DNA of 64,000 nucleotides, taken from the NCBI GenBank assembly GCA_000965745.1, contig CP009479.1, forward strand, positions 1,952,001 through 2,016,000. Reading direction: 5' to 3'. The position numbers and the translations under genes were made by a program. Positions 18,871 to 28,702 of the stretch are shown in pieces. Within the stretch, counting starts at the first letter, position 1; every line of letters starts with the position of its first letter. The notes beneath the pieces are model-generated. The model made no database searches. It saw only the letters and a program-made list of their open reading frames with translations, and was not told where the DNA came from. The DNA is from an uncultured archaeon. GTDB lineage: Archaea > Thermoplasmatota > Thermoplasmata > Thermoplasmatales > Thermoplasmataceae.

Positions 18871-19677
18871 TTAACCGTTTTGCGTCCCTTTCCTGTCAAT
18901 TTCTTCAGATATCTTTCTGGCCTTATTGGTTGCAGCCTCTATTGCCCTCATAAATGCAGTTCTTATGCCGGAGTTTTCAAGTTCGTAGAGCGCATCTATT
19001 GTCACCCCGCCAGGAGTCGTAACCAGGTCCCTGAGTTCCGATACATGGCTGTTTCCCTCTGCAACAAGCTTAGCAGAACCAAGTATTGTCTGGTAGGAAC
19101 TCCTGAGGGCGAGTTCCCTTGGAAGGCCGACTTTGAGGCCTGCATAAACCATGGCCTCTATGATGGTGAATATGTAAGCCGGCCCAGAGCCACTCATCGC
19201 CGTGAGTGCGTCCATATACCTCTCTTCCACCTTCTCTGTCTTGCCGAAACTGTTCAGAAGCCTTGAAACAACCCCCTCCTCACTCTCGCTGAGGTCGTCC
19301 GATGAATATACGGTATAGCCCCCTCCAACCCTGGCAGCCACATTTGTCATTGCCCGAACTACTTTTGAATCCGGGATCAGCGATTTGATTTTTGATGTAC
19401 TGAGGGCTGCAGCTAGTGAAATTACTATCTTCCCCCTGGTATGATCTCCTATCTTCTCCAGGAGAAAAAGAGTATCCAATGGTTTCAGAACCATGAGTAT
19501 AATTTCCGCTTCCTGTGCTGCAACTATGTTGTCGCTCATGGTCCGGATGCCAAGGTTTTCCAGTTTCTCAAGTTTGGCAGCCGACCTCCTGGTTACTGTC
19601 ACTTCGTGTCCGCTACTGTTGAGTGCCTCTGCTGCTGCCGATCCTATTGTTCCCCCACCAAGTACTGAAACTCTCAT
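18871..19677 (-). CDS. proC: Pyrroline-5-carboxylate reductase
   Basis: GGGTIG, VRAMTN, SGSGPAY, VTTPGGVT. Confidence 0.93.
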   Translation of the reverse strand: MRVSVLGGGTIGSAAAEALNSSGHEVTVTRRSAAKLEKLENLGIRTMSDNIVAAQEAEIILMVLKPLDTLFLLEKIGDHTRGKIVISLAAALSTSKIKSLIPDSKVVRAMTNVAARVGGGYTVYSSDDLSESEEGVVSRLLNSFGKTEKVEERYMDALTAMSGSGPAYIFTIIEAMVYAGLKVGLPRELALRSSYQTILGSAKLVAEGNSHVSELRDLVTTPGGVTIDALYELENSGIRTAFMRAIEAATNKARKISEEIDRKGTQNG

Positions 19678-19778
19678 ATTACGTATTTTGGCATGTCAAT
19701 AATTAACACATAAACGTTTCTGTCCCTTTTCTGTCAAACTGCTCCCCTATCGGCAGGAAAATCGGCAGAATCCTGATT

Positions 19779-20342
19779 TTAGAGTCTGCGCCCCAGCTCT
19801 TTTTCTGATATGGCTTCGTATGTTTTCAGGTCCGGCTCACTGTAAAGCACAAAACGTATCTTTTCCAAATGTGTTTCTTTTGAGCTCACGTACTCAATAA
19901 CAGTTCTTACAGCAATCCGGCCAGCCTCACACACCGGATAGCCGTATGCACCAGTGCTTATGGATGGAAATGACATGGATCCTATGCCTTCACCATCTGC
20001 AAGCTCGAGGCAATTTCTGTAGCAGTTCTCAAGAACCCTGCCCTCACCGGAATTGCCCCCTCTCCAGACGGGCCCTACGGTGTGTATGACAAAATCTGCT
20101 TTCAGGTTTCCACCTGATGTTATTACTGCCTTTCCAGCTGGCAGGCCATCTGGCCAGCTCTCATTCCTTATTTTTGCACACTCGTCTTTGATTTTCGGCC
20201 CTCCTGCCCTGTGTATGGCACCATCAACTCCACCACCACCCATTAGGGATGAGTTCGCTGCATTGACAATTGCTTCCGTGCCTTGTGTCGTAATGTCTCC
20301 GCGGACAATCTCAAGTTCAACTCTGCCTATTTTGAAACGCAT
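19779..20342 (-). CDS. Macro-domain protein (O-acetyl-ADP-ribose deacetylase, YmdB-like)
   Basis: GDIT, AIVNAAN, GGGGVDGAIH, VIHTVGPVW, FPSISTGAYG. Confidence 0.92.
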   Translation of the reverse strand: MRFKIGRVELEIVRGDITTQGTEAIVNAANSSLMGGGGVDGAIHRAGGPKIKDECAKIRNESWPDGLPAGKAVITSGGNLKADFVIHTVGPVWRGGNSGEGRVLENCYRNCLELADGEGIGSMSFPSISTGAYGYPVCEAGRIAVRTVIEYVSSKETHLEKIRFVLYSEPDLKTYEAISEKELGRRL

Positions 20343-20410
20343 GTCTGGTTGAATCCAGTAGACAGGCTTAATCTCTCCGCATCCGGCCAGCACGGTCGTT
20401 TCAAGAATGG

Positions 20411-21187
20411 TCAGTATTTTAAGGTTATGGTGCCAAAATTCAGGGAGTCTCCAGGCGGGAGTCTCACTTCTCCAAATTCCAGGCCTAATTGTGTCCCCTG
20501 ATGGTTGAATGTGATGCTTCCCTGCTTATAAACGCCGAAAAGGTCTGACCATGAAACAAGGGTGTCATTGTAGTATGGGAACCCGACAGCTACGGGCCCG
20601 GTTGCGGGAAAGGAATACGACTCCGAAAAACCGAATGTGCTTGGTACGATGGTAAAGTTCTGTGGGCTCGATCCATAGGGGGTATAATTGTACAGGGTTG
20701 TATTGCCTGAGATCGGGATGAACAAATGGTAACTGAAGGAGTAAGTCTGCAATTCATCCCCTGTGTTGTTGATAGCGATACTCTGGATTACGCTATCATT
20801 GGTCAGAACTGACAGAACCGTCACAACATCAGTCTTGAAGGTGGTATTTTCATAGACGGTGTAGCTGCCGTTATTCTTCAGGTACACGGCATTATCGTTT
20901 AGTATTCCGGTAACGGTGTCTCCAGGCGGAAAGGTGACAAAGTAGTCAGTAAGCGAGCTGTTTGCACCAGGCGGATTCAGGTGATATGCACTTAGACCGA
21001 TTGTACTAAGTGTGTTGTTTCCTGCTTCGAGTGACCTGGCATCAAAATTGGCGAGGTTGAAGTGAGTGTTTCCAGCCGAGTTGTTATTCGGGAAAAGTGA
21101 GGGAAAAATCAAGGCCATTATGATTATGGACACTATTACAACTCCACCAATTATGCTTGAAGCCATTATTTTCCTGTCTCTATCCAT
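20411..21187 (-). CDS. Membrane-anchored extracellular hypothetical protein
   Basis: N-terminal TM helix; Asn/Thr-rich with many N-x-S/T sequons. Confidence 0.7.
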   Translation of the reverse strand: MDRDRKIMASSIIGGVVIVSIIIMALIFPSLFPNNNSAGNTHFNLANFDARSLEAGNNTLSTIGLSAYHLNPPGANSSLTDYFVTFPPGDTVTGILNDNAVYLKNNGSYTVYENTTFKTDVVTVLSVLTNDSVIQSIAINNTGDELQTYSFSYHLFIPISGNTTLYNYTPYGSSPQNFTIVPSTFGFSESYSFPATGPVAVGFPYYNDTLVSWSDLFGVYKQGSITFNHQGTQLGLEFGEVRLPPGDSLNFGTITLKY

Positions 21188-21216
21188 TTATCCGCACCTC
21201 CTCATAAATCACTGCC

Positions 21217-21933
21217 TTATCCCATCGATACAGCAATGGGCCCATACGTTGTAGCACTTGCAGCATTTCCTAGAGGGCCCAGCATAAGATCCAGCGAAGA
21301 TTGGGCCTTTACGGCAGAAAATATTCCGTAGTCATACTCATTCTGGTATGTGAACTGGTCCCATGAAAGCGTCAGCGAACTGTAGTAGAAGTTCTCATAA
21401 AACGAGCTCAACTGGTCTCCGAGAACATAATGCCCGGGGCCGGTGGAATTCAGGCTTTTTCCCGGGAACAGCCCCGATACAGAAGCAGAATCAGGCTTTG
21501 CAGTTGAGAAATTCATCCCCATGTACGTTGATCCACCGGAATTAACTATCGAAATATCTATTGTCCCCTGATCAAGCCCATAAACGAAAGTCATCCTATC
21601 GTACTTGAACTGGTCAATCACGCCGACAGTATTCTGAACCCTGTCATTTATCCTGTTTACCTTTCCCGATGTAAGCGGCTCTTTCAACAATACTCCATTG
21701 GAATTGTAATAAGCAGTAGGCGTAACTGTCACCGATAAGCCGTGGGATGATAGTATAACCGTTTCGTTGTTAATAACTTCAATCGTGTAGTTTCCGACTG
21801 TGTAACGGGCGCTAGTCTTGTATATAACCTGATTTTGGGCATTCTCCTTTGCAGCCGACAAAGGCGCCCAAGCTGCTACTGAACTTATGAATATTGCAAT
21901 CATCAGCAGAGAGATTACTTTGGAATATTGCAC
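21217..21933 (-). CDS. Secreted hypothetical protein
   Basis: Signal peptide and sequons; co-oriented with 20411-21187, with a GAGGAGG SD between them. Confidence 0.7.
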   Translation of the reverse strand: MQYSKVISLLMIAIFISSVAAWAPLSAAKENAQNQVIYKTSARYTVGNYTIEVINNETVILSSHGLSVTVTPTAYYNSNGVLLKEPLTSGKVNRINDRVQNTVGVIDQFKYDRMTFVYGLDQGTIDISIVNSGGSTYMGMNFSTAKPDSASVSGLFPGKSLNSTGPGHYVLGDQLSSFYENFYYSSLTLSWDQFTYQNEYDYGIFSAVKAQSSLDLMLGPLGNAASATTYGPIAVSMG

Positions 21934-22036
21934 CAGTAATCAAACCTAATGAACCAATATAAATATTTTTAGATCCTATTTCCCGATATATATAGTTAAA
22001 ATTTCGTGTTATGTCATATCTCATACCAGTTCCAGA

Positions 22037-22645
22037 TCAGCCAGTATACGCTTGATTCTGGGAATGACCAAGCAAGTAACCTCCAAATGCTATCTGCCAG
22101 AGAAGTATCGGATAGAATATCATCCTCTCCGCACCACCCGGGCCCAATATGTAATCGAACCCAACATATCCTCCAAAATATGAAACAAAGGAGAAAATTC
22201 CGGCAAGAACGGATATTTTAGCCATGGCTCCGGAAGTCATTCTATAGGCAAGTATGCTGCTTAAGGCCCCGAACACAAATATCAGGTTAGCCCCAAGGTA
22301 ATGGGTCGTTGGAAAAACATCCCAGGGCGATAATCCTACAAGAAGGAATCCAAGGCCTGCCAGGGTATATATTACTGGCCTTATTTTGAAGCCGCCATTG
22401 CGGAAGAGGAGATACGTGCTCCAAAGCCAGAGTACCCCTACAATGATAACTGAAATGTTCCAGAAAATCTCAGTGGTTACACCTGCACCACCCAGGTAAC
22501 TTATTGCCTGGCTCCTTTCAGAATAGGAAGGATAGACTGCCGTTGCTGCAGTGATTGACATAAGGGCGATGATTCCGCCTAAAGCAAAACCTGTTCCAGG
22601 ATTTCGTCTTTTGCCAGAGGTGGCGATTTCATAGGAAGAACTCAT
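22037..22645 (-). CDS. DUF998-family membrane protein
   Basis: YPSYS...AISYLG, a conserved His, GGAERMIFYP. Confidence 0.8.
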   Translation of the reverse strand: MSSSYEIATSGKRRNPGTGFALGGIIALMSITAATAVYPSYSERSQAISYLGGAGVTTEIFWNISVIIVGVLWLWSTYLLFRNGGFKIRPVIYTLAGLGFLLVGLSPWDVFPTTHYLGANLIFVFGALSSILAYRMTSGAMAKISVLAGIFSFVSYFGGYVGFDYILGPGGAERMIFYPILLWQIAFGGYLLGHSQNQAYTG

Positions 22646-22813
22646 GCAAGAACACCATCATGCTCACCAAAGGAGCATGAGGTTCCGTGAGCTACCCGAA
22701 TTTAATAATTTATGCACCAATGATACTGTCATGAGGAACAGATCTGAGTCTCGAACTTGAGACGTACCAGAAAATAGGACCTCGTACGGTTTCGTCGGGG
22801 AAAGTGCTGTGAA

Positions 22814-23077
22814 TTACCCTTTCTCATCCGGTGCCAGTGTTGGAGCAAGAATTATAGTGCTTAATATGGGAAGAGCAATAGACCAGATTATCAGGATTAG
22901 ATAACTCTGAATGATTTCTCCACGTAAAATCAACCGAAAAGATATGTATGCTAATCCCACGGAAGTGGGGCCAAAAAACAGAAACACTTCTCCAACTCTC
23001 TTTCTGAAGGAAGTCAATCCGCACACTCTCCCTATATAGCCTTGCTCTCCACCAATAATTTTCCCATGCAAAATCAA
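22814..23077 (-). CDS. Small 2-TM hypothetical protein (possibly a fragment)
   Basis: Two hydrophobic segments; lies in an AT-rich accessory region. Confidence 0.35.
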   Translation of the reverse strand: MILHGKIIGGEQGYIGRVCGLTSFRKRVGEVFLFFGPTSVGLAYISFRLILRGEIIQSYLILIIWSIALPILSTIILAPTLAPDEKG

Positions 23078-23199
23078 AGAAGTAATTTGTGATCTTTACC
23101 TATACGTAACGCATTAAGTAATTGCGCATAATTTCTTAAGGATTCTATTTGGCTACGAATCCTCATCAAACTGCTCTGTAACAGACCAGATCAAGTCTC

Positions 23200-23425
23200 C
23201 TACTGTGTGAAAATACCGGTTGCGGGTACGCCCTTTGATCTTACGAGTTCCAACACTCCTTCCATTGCATTGAGATCGGGGGAATATGGAGGGAGGAGTT
23301 CGAGGATAATGTGCGGATTGTTCTCCGGGAATTCCTTCAGCAGATTCGCATGATGGTACTTTGCATTGTCCAGGACCATGTGGACCTCCCCTGATATAGG
23401 AGAAATGGTCACCGGGAATTCCCTG
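23200..23425 (-). mobile_element. IS630-family transposase C-terminal fragment
   Basis: VHMVLDNAKYHH...LLPPYSPDLNAME, the IS630/Tc1 DDE C-terminal motifs; the N-terminus is missing. Confidence 0.85.
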
Positions 23426-23427
23426 AC

Positions 23428-23518
23428 CGTGATCTCCTTTCCCTTTCCTGACAGTGAAACTTTGTTTGGAGAGCACCTTGACAACGTCCTCTCCTGAAAC
23501 AACTGGTAGTTTATGCAT
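23428..23518 (-). pseudogene. hicA: Truncated HicA toxin interrupted by the IS630 remnant
   Basis: MHKLPVVSGEDVVKVLSKQSFTVRKGKGDH, then the sequence switches to IS630. Confidence 0.8.
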
Positions 23519-23720
23519 CCAGGAGAACTTCCTCCCCAACATCCTGAGGTATGGGTTTTTCGTCTTCCTTGAGTACCTTTATGTAGAGTTCAATCGCCTC
23601 TTTGATATTATTGAGTGCCTCCTCAATGGTTTCACCTTCGGAGATACAGCCGGGCAAAGCTGGAACCGTGACGGTAAAACCGCCTTCCTCCTGAGGCTCA
23701 AGAATAACGGTAAACTTTAT
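23511..23720 (-). pseudogene. hicB: HicB antitoxin copy with ATA in place of the start codon
   Basis: Manual translation (I)KFTVILEPQEEGGFTVTVPALPGCISEGETIEEALNNIKEAIELY...DVGEEVLLDA*; same length as the copy at 24487-24696. Confidence 0.8.
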
Positions 23721-24275
23721 AAGTATTGGATTGGAATTATTGATCTAATTATCATGGTGGAGTTCGATAGAAGCACTTCCTATGATTCCAATCATCTGTG
23801 TCTTGGGAATAATCAGATGTTAGAGGCTCCAGGAAAAGAAATATCGCCAGACAGGATGTATTGTATCTGTCTGTTGAAGCCTGTTCGATGTTTTGAAATT
23901 TTGGCTTAAAATTCTCTTGGTGCCCCATCGATTGTATATCTAAGTTGTTGCGAATCGGCTAAGACCCGTGTTTATGTGGGAATGGAAAATAAAATCGTCA
24001 AGAGGTTAGAAATCTGAAAGTTGGAAATATGGCGACTCAAAGGATAGGTAGGTATCTACTACCAAAGATGGTTATGAAATATTTGAACTATTTAACCATA
24101 GAAAGCTCAAAATCCCGCATTTAGAAATTTTTGAATTCATGAATATGGGGGAAATCAAAATTTCCCAAGGATACTGCTTTACATATAATTCCTATTTATC
24201 AAATAATGGATGAAACCCACACCTCAAATAGTTTAATAAATGGATTTTAGTGGAAAAGTCAATTCGAATAGGATA

Positions 24276-24494
24276 TTACAAGAGCCTGATAAACTCGTCT
24301 ACTGTAAGGCCAGCCTGTTTGATAATTGCCCTCAAAATACCAGGACCGAGTTCCTTGTGATTTGGAACCGTTATTTTCTTTCCTTCACTGTTCACCAGTG
24401 TAATATGACTTCCAGTTTGATGATCGAAAACGAAACCTGCTTTCGATAGTGCCTTTATAACATCCGTGCCTGACAGAACTGGCAAATTAGGCAT
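24276..24494 (-). CDS. hicA: HicA-family toxin
   Basis: LPVLSG...GFVFDHQTGSH...TVPNH.ELGPGILRAIIKQAGL. Confidence 0.9.
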   Translation of the reverse strand: MPNLPVLSGTDVIKALSKAGFVFDHQTGSHITLVNSEGKKITVPNHKELGPGILRAIIKQAGLTVDEFIRLL

Positions 24495-24696
24495 CCAGTA
24501 CTACTTCCTCTCCGACATCTTCTGGGATTGGCTCATTATGTTTCCTTAGTGAGCCTATATAGGATTCTATGGCTTCCTTGGCATTTTCGAGTGCCTCCTC
24601 CCTGGTTTTACCCTGAGTAAAGCATCCGGGAAGAGCGGGGACGCTTACTACGTAGTAGCCATCTTCATCTCTCTCAAGGATGACGGTGTATTTCAC
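24487..24696 (-). CDS. hicB: HicB-family antitoxin
   Basis: YVVSVPALPGCFTQGKTREEALENAKEAI; overlaps the hicA start. Confidence 0.9.
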   Translation of the reverse strand: MKYTVILERDEDGYYVVSVPALPGCFTQGKTREEALENAKEAIESYIGSLRKHNEPIPEDVGEEVVLDA

Positions 24697-24759
24697 ATAG
24701 ATCCTATGAAATGTTCAGAAATAAAGATTTCCTATTGAAGGATTATAATTTAAGTCTTT

Positions 24760-25573
24760 TCCAGAAGGAACTTGTTCCCCCCACAAGTAATCCGAATACT
24801 ACAGATCCGTTATGAAGGATGTTCAAAGCGTATACCACGATGTAAATCTGGTAAAAGGAGAAAAAATTAAGGATCATCGATGTAATAGTCATGGCTGGTA
24901 ATGCTCTTCTTCCTAGAAGAAATCTAAAAACCCATCTTCACCTCTTCTAAGAACTTCTCATGCCCTTCTTCTTCCGGACGACGAACCTTTTGCATAGAAG
25001 CAGGAATCCCTAGCATTCCAATTGCAATGGCAGAAATGGCAAATGTGATTGAATTGAATATGAAGCCTGGCGTAAATCCAACTAGGCCAATCAGGATACC
25101 CCCCCAAAGGGCTCCCAATAATTCTCGCTATCGTCTCTCCCCTTGCAAAAATCCATTACCATCAGTCAAATTTTCTTTTTTCACAAGTGAAAGCAGCAAA
25201 GCCGATGAAGCAGGGTCAAAGACTGCTCCAAAGATTGAGATTATAACAACTGCTCCAAAAATGGCAATGGAGTTAAATCCCATAATGATGACAATGGCCG
25301 CGAGAATGGCCATAGCACAAGCGCGAACTAGGTCTGATATTATCATGAGTTTTCTTCTATCGTGACGGTCTACCAAGGCGCCCGCAAAACCCCTATGGTA
25401 AGCATAGGGACAAATTCTGCAACACCCAGCAATGTGAGGAGCAAAGCAGTATGGGTGGTTGCGTAAATTATCCATTCTATTACTACGTTTCCAACTGCAT
25501 ATCCACTTGCTGAAACGATAGTTACGAACCATAGTGATCTGAAGTTTCTATTTCTAAAGACATTGATAGGCAT
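24760..25573 (-). pseudogene. Frameshifted, truncated MFS (macrolide-efflux/DHA3-like) transporter
   Basis: Consecutive fragments MPINVFRNRNFRSLW..., GALVDRHDRRKLMIISDLVR and GALWGGILIG...FNSITF lie in three frames. Confidence 0.85.
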
Positions 25574-25777
25574 ATTACGGTCATCCCCCCTCTTTTTAAC
25601 CGTTTGCAACATTTTTCTCGTATTTTCAATCACGTTGTTGTTTTATGCGCTCTTAATGTGGTCTACGATGACTGATGCCACATTCTATTGCAATAACAAT
25701 TAAAGATAATAATACTGGCGTTTAAAGCCGCAAAATTGGTCATTTTAAGTATATTCACATATTTATATAGAATAATA

Positions 25778-25849
25778 AGGATAGGTAGGGATTCGAACCC
25801 TAATAGATGGGATCTGCAGTCCCACGCATAGCCGCTCTGCCACCTATCC
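25778..25849 (-). tRNA. tRNA-Cys(GCA)
   Basis: GGATAGG/CCTATCC acceptor stem, TGGGA-CTGCAGA-TCCCA anticodon arm, TAGGG-TTCGAAT-CCCTA T-arm, U discriminator; CCA is not encoded. Confidence 0.95.
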
Positions 25850-26197
25850 ATTTACGGGCGCAATCCCGCGGTATGGTGAATATGAGAAATCGTTTAATAC
25901 TTTTCTCAAAAATAAGGATTTGAGCGAGTACCATCACAGCGATATCGTGCGTAGGCTGAATAAAAATATGACAAAGACGATAATGAATCTTGAGGGTTTG
26001 AACAACCTATTGCAGGAGTCATTGTCCTGAATTATGGCTGAATACCACCTGAATGTGTTGAGTAATTCTGAACTGTGTGCTCTATTATGAAGTTCCATGG
26101 TTCCTCCCAATATTCTCACTTTTCATCGCTATCCATTACAACAACGTGAAAGCCTCCCCCGCTCAATTTTGTTAATTCCGGAGGTGGTACGATGCAG

Positions 26198-26872
26198 TCA
26201 GAGGACGGTGAAATGCAATATTCCGATCTGTCCCCAACCGTCTGCAGAAACCACTGTGTAGGTCCCAGGTGAAAATTCATGGAATACATGGTCCTGCAAA
26301 TTCCCTGTCCAGTATCCCGAAAGGGTTATGCTCCCTGATAAGTCTGTAGTTCCAAGGTAAGTGGTTTCTGAGGGCGAACTGTACATTTTAGCATGAGTGC
26401 TGTGCGGTAGGAACTGATAGTAACCTACGTGATACATCAAAGGGCATGAGTATATCGCTGGCTTGTTTATGGTAAGCGGTGAGGCCTGGTCAAGGTTTGA
26501 TGCACTATAATTCCCATTCAGAACTGCTATCCCGTAATGTGTTGAGGCGCACGGGTTCATGCTGAACACATAGGGCGAGCTGAACTGGGGGTAGTTGGAT
26601 TGAGGCGGGAGGTCATTCCACATCAGTAGTGTGTTCATAACCGATACTGAAATGCTGATATTGGCGCCTTGGGAAATCTTTTCACTGCTAATCCTGGTTG
26701 TGAGTGCCAGGCCAGTGGTATAGTTTACAGAATAAGCACTTGATTTAGTAGGTGGAATGGCGGAAGGGCTGTAAAGCTGAACACTGATTGCAGCTGATAC
26801 ACCAAGAATGGCCACAGCCGCTGCAACAATAGCAACCATCGTTCTATTCACAACGATGGCATTTCCGCTCAT
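26198..26872 (-). CDS. Membrane-anchored extracellular hypothetical protein
   Basis: N-terminal TM helix; Ser/Thr-rich; C-terminal PGTYTVVSADGWGQ. Confidence 0.75.
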   Translation of the reverse strand: MSGNAIVVNRTMVAIVAAAVAILGVSAAISVQLYSPSAIPPTKSSAYSVNYTTGLALTTRISSEKISQGANISISVSVMNTLLMWNDLPPQSNYPQFSSPYVFSMNPCASTHYGIAVLNGNYSASNLDQASPLTINKPAIYSCPLMYHVGYYQFLPHSTHAKMYSSPSETTYLGTTDLSGSITLSGYWTGNLQDHVFHEFSPGTYTVVSADGWGQIGILHFTVL

Positions 26873-26957
26873 ATAATAATTAACAGATTAGTGTATTAAA
26901 GCTTTGTCAATTACAGGTGAAGGTTGAATAATAACTTGTTTGAGCATAAGAACTGGC

Positions 26958-27923
26958 TCAAAATTGATTCTTGTATTTCTCCAGAAGTTGGATCCTCTTT
27001 GCAGGGTGGGGATGATCACTGAACATTCCGGCAAACCTGGACAGTTTTGTTGTTTTCCACTGGTTAACCAGCTGTTCCGGATCCATCAGTTCAGCTTCAC
27101 TGAATCCCGAAAATAACAGCATGTTGGCAAAGAAGTTTGAGTCGGTAGGCCTGACTGCCCTTCCAGCACGCTTCCTGTATGACCTGCTTGAGCTTATCAC
27201 TATCTTCGCGAGTGCCGTCTGGAGCTTGCCGGCCCCGCCGGGAACAGTTTTTGCAGCATTGATGTCTGCATAGGATTCCCTCATCCTGTTTATGCCAAGT
27301 ATCATCAGGTTGAAAATGAAACTTACAATGATGAGCAATATCGCAAATATAACGAAGATACCGCCATTTCTGTCTTCCATCATTCCGGAAAACATCAGCA
27401 TGTAACCTAGGTAGAAGAGGATTGTCGGTATCAGGCCAATGGCCATAAGAAGCTCCACGTCCCTGTGCTTAAGGTGGCCGACTTCATGCCCAACAACTGC
27501 CTCAAGCTCATCCCTGTCAAGGATGTTCAGGGCTCCCCGTGTAACGGCAATCCTTCTGCCTGCTACTGGAGAGCTGTACACAAAGGCATTTGGCATGGCT
27601 ATTTCAGATATGTACAATGTTGGAGTCCTGACATTATTAGCTGCTGACACCCTCTCGATCATATCCTGAAGCCAGAAAAGTTGTGTATCATTTGGATCGA
27701 CCTTCTTTGTTCTGAATGTCATGCCTATAATGTATGGCCCTAGCAGCCACTGTACTATATCCAGGACAAGCACGAATGCAAGAATGAACGTAAGAGTGCT
27801 GAACAGGCTTGCTATGTTGAAGAAATACGTGGCTACACCCAGCACTATAAATGCAGCGAGCAACGCAATCAGAATTCCTACAAGAATAGTGGCAATTCTG
27901 AGTTTTGCGGAGTATATGTCCAT
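26958..27923 (-). CDS. htpX: HtpX membrane zinc metalloprotease (M48)
   Basis: PNAF, AVVGHEVGHLKHRD, RESYAD, FSDHP..AKRI. Confidence 0.92.
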   Translation of the reverse strand: MDIYSAKLRIATILVGILIALLAAFIVLGVATYFFNIASLFSTLTFILAFVLVLDIVQWLLGPYIIGMTFRTKKVDPNDTQLFWLQDMIERVSAANNVRTPTLYISEIAMPNAFVYSSPVAGRRIAVTRGALNILDRDELEAVVGHEVGHLKHRDVELLMAIGLIPTILFYLGYMLMFSGMMEDRNGGIFVIFAILLIIVSFIFNLMILGINRMRESYADINAAKTVPGGAGKLQTALAKIVISSSRSYRKRAGRAVRPTDSNFFANMLLFSGFSEAELMDPEQLVNQWKTTKLSRFAGMFSDHPHPAKRIQLLEKYKNQF

Positions 27924-28080
27924 GGGTTAAACATTCCTAACCGAGATTTAAGTTTTGTTAATGAAAACCTTAATTTTCCCTTTTGTGGATTGGCTCAAAG
28001 GAACCTTTCCAGACGGCAGGGCCTAATCTTTCATTCCTGCCCGACTGTACGGGAAAACAATATTCTGTGACAAGACAATA

Positions 28081-28641
28081 ATGGATCATCATATGAAACC
28101 AACAAACAGGATAATGGCCATTTTGGGAAAAGATACCGACACATCGAGGCTCAAATCTTTGGCGAATGCTTCAAGCCTTATAATTCGCAGACGCACATAC
28201 GCCCTTGAAGTGGATTTTCATACAGACAACCCGGAAAGTGTGCTGTCTGATTTGAAAAAGTTCGCAGAAGTGAAGGATTACAGAAAGCTAAACGCTGAAG
28301 AAATCCAGTATGACAGGGAATACTTTGAATCACAGCTAAGGAGGAGGGACGAGATTATCCGTAATGCCAGCAGGATGTTCTCAGAGGAAAGGTACTGGGA
28401 GGCGCATACTGTTCTGGAGGACCTCTGGAAAGCTTCATCTGGGGCGGAAAAGAAGCTTCTTCAGGGTGTAATCATAATTGCTGCGTCAATGACCCACCAT
28501 CAGATGGGAGAGGAAGCGGTGGCCCTCAAAATGTACGGGAAGGGGCTGAAACTGATTGCAGAAGCTTCCGAAAAGTCCCCCGCGGAATTTGGTTTCACCG
28601 TGGATTTCTCATATCCGTGCGCTTTCCCGGATCTGTTCTGA
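28081..28641 (+). CDS. DUF309-domain protein
   Basis: [12 protein letters not shown]...LLQGVI. Confidence 0.8.
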   Translation: MDHHMKPTNRIMAILGKDTDTSRLKSLANASSLIIRRRTYALEVDFHTDNPESVLSDLKKFAEVKDYRKLNAEEIQYDREYFESQLRRRDEIIRNASRMFSEERYWEAHTVLEDLWKASSGAEKKLLQGVIIIAASMTHHQMGEEAVALKMYGKGLKLIAEASEKSPAEFGFTVDFSYPCAFPDLF

Positions 28642-28702
28642 TCAACTGTATTGCCAACGCCGGGTCAAAATATATATTATCTATTCTTCCATCGCTACAA
28701 AA

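Noticed and set aside
25934-26119. 54-61-aa minus-strand ORF with GGAGG before an internal ATG
   Set aside because: It could be a small membrane peptide, but there is no further support.
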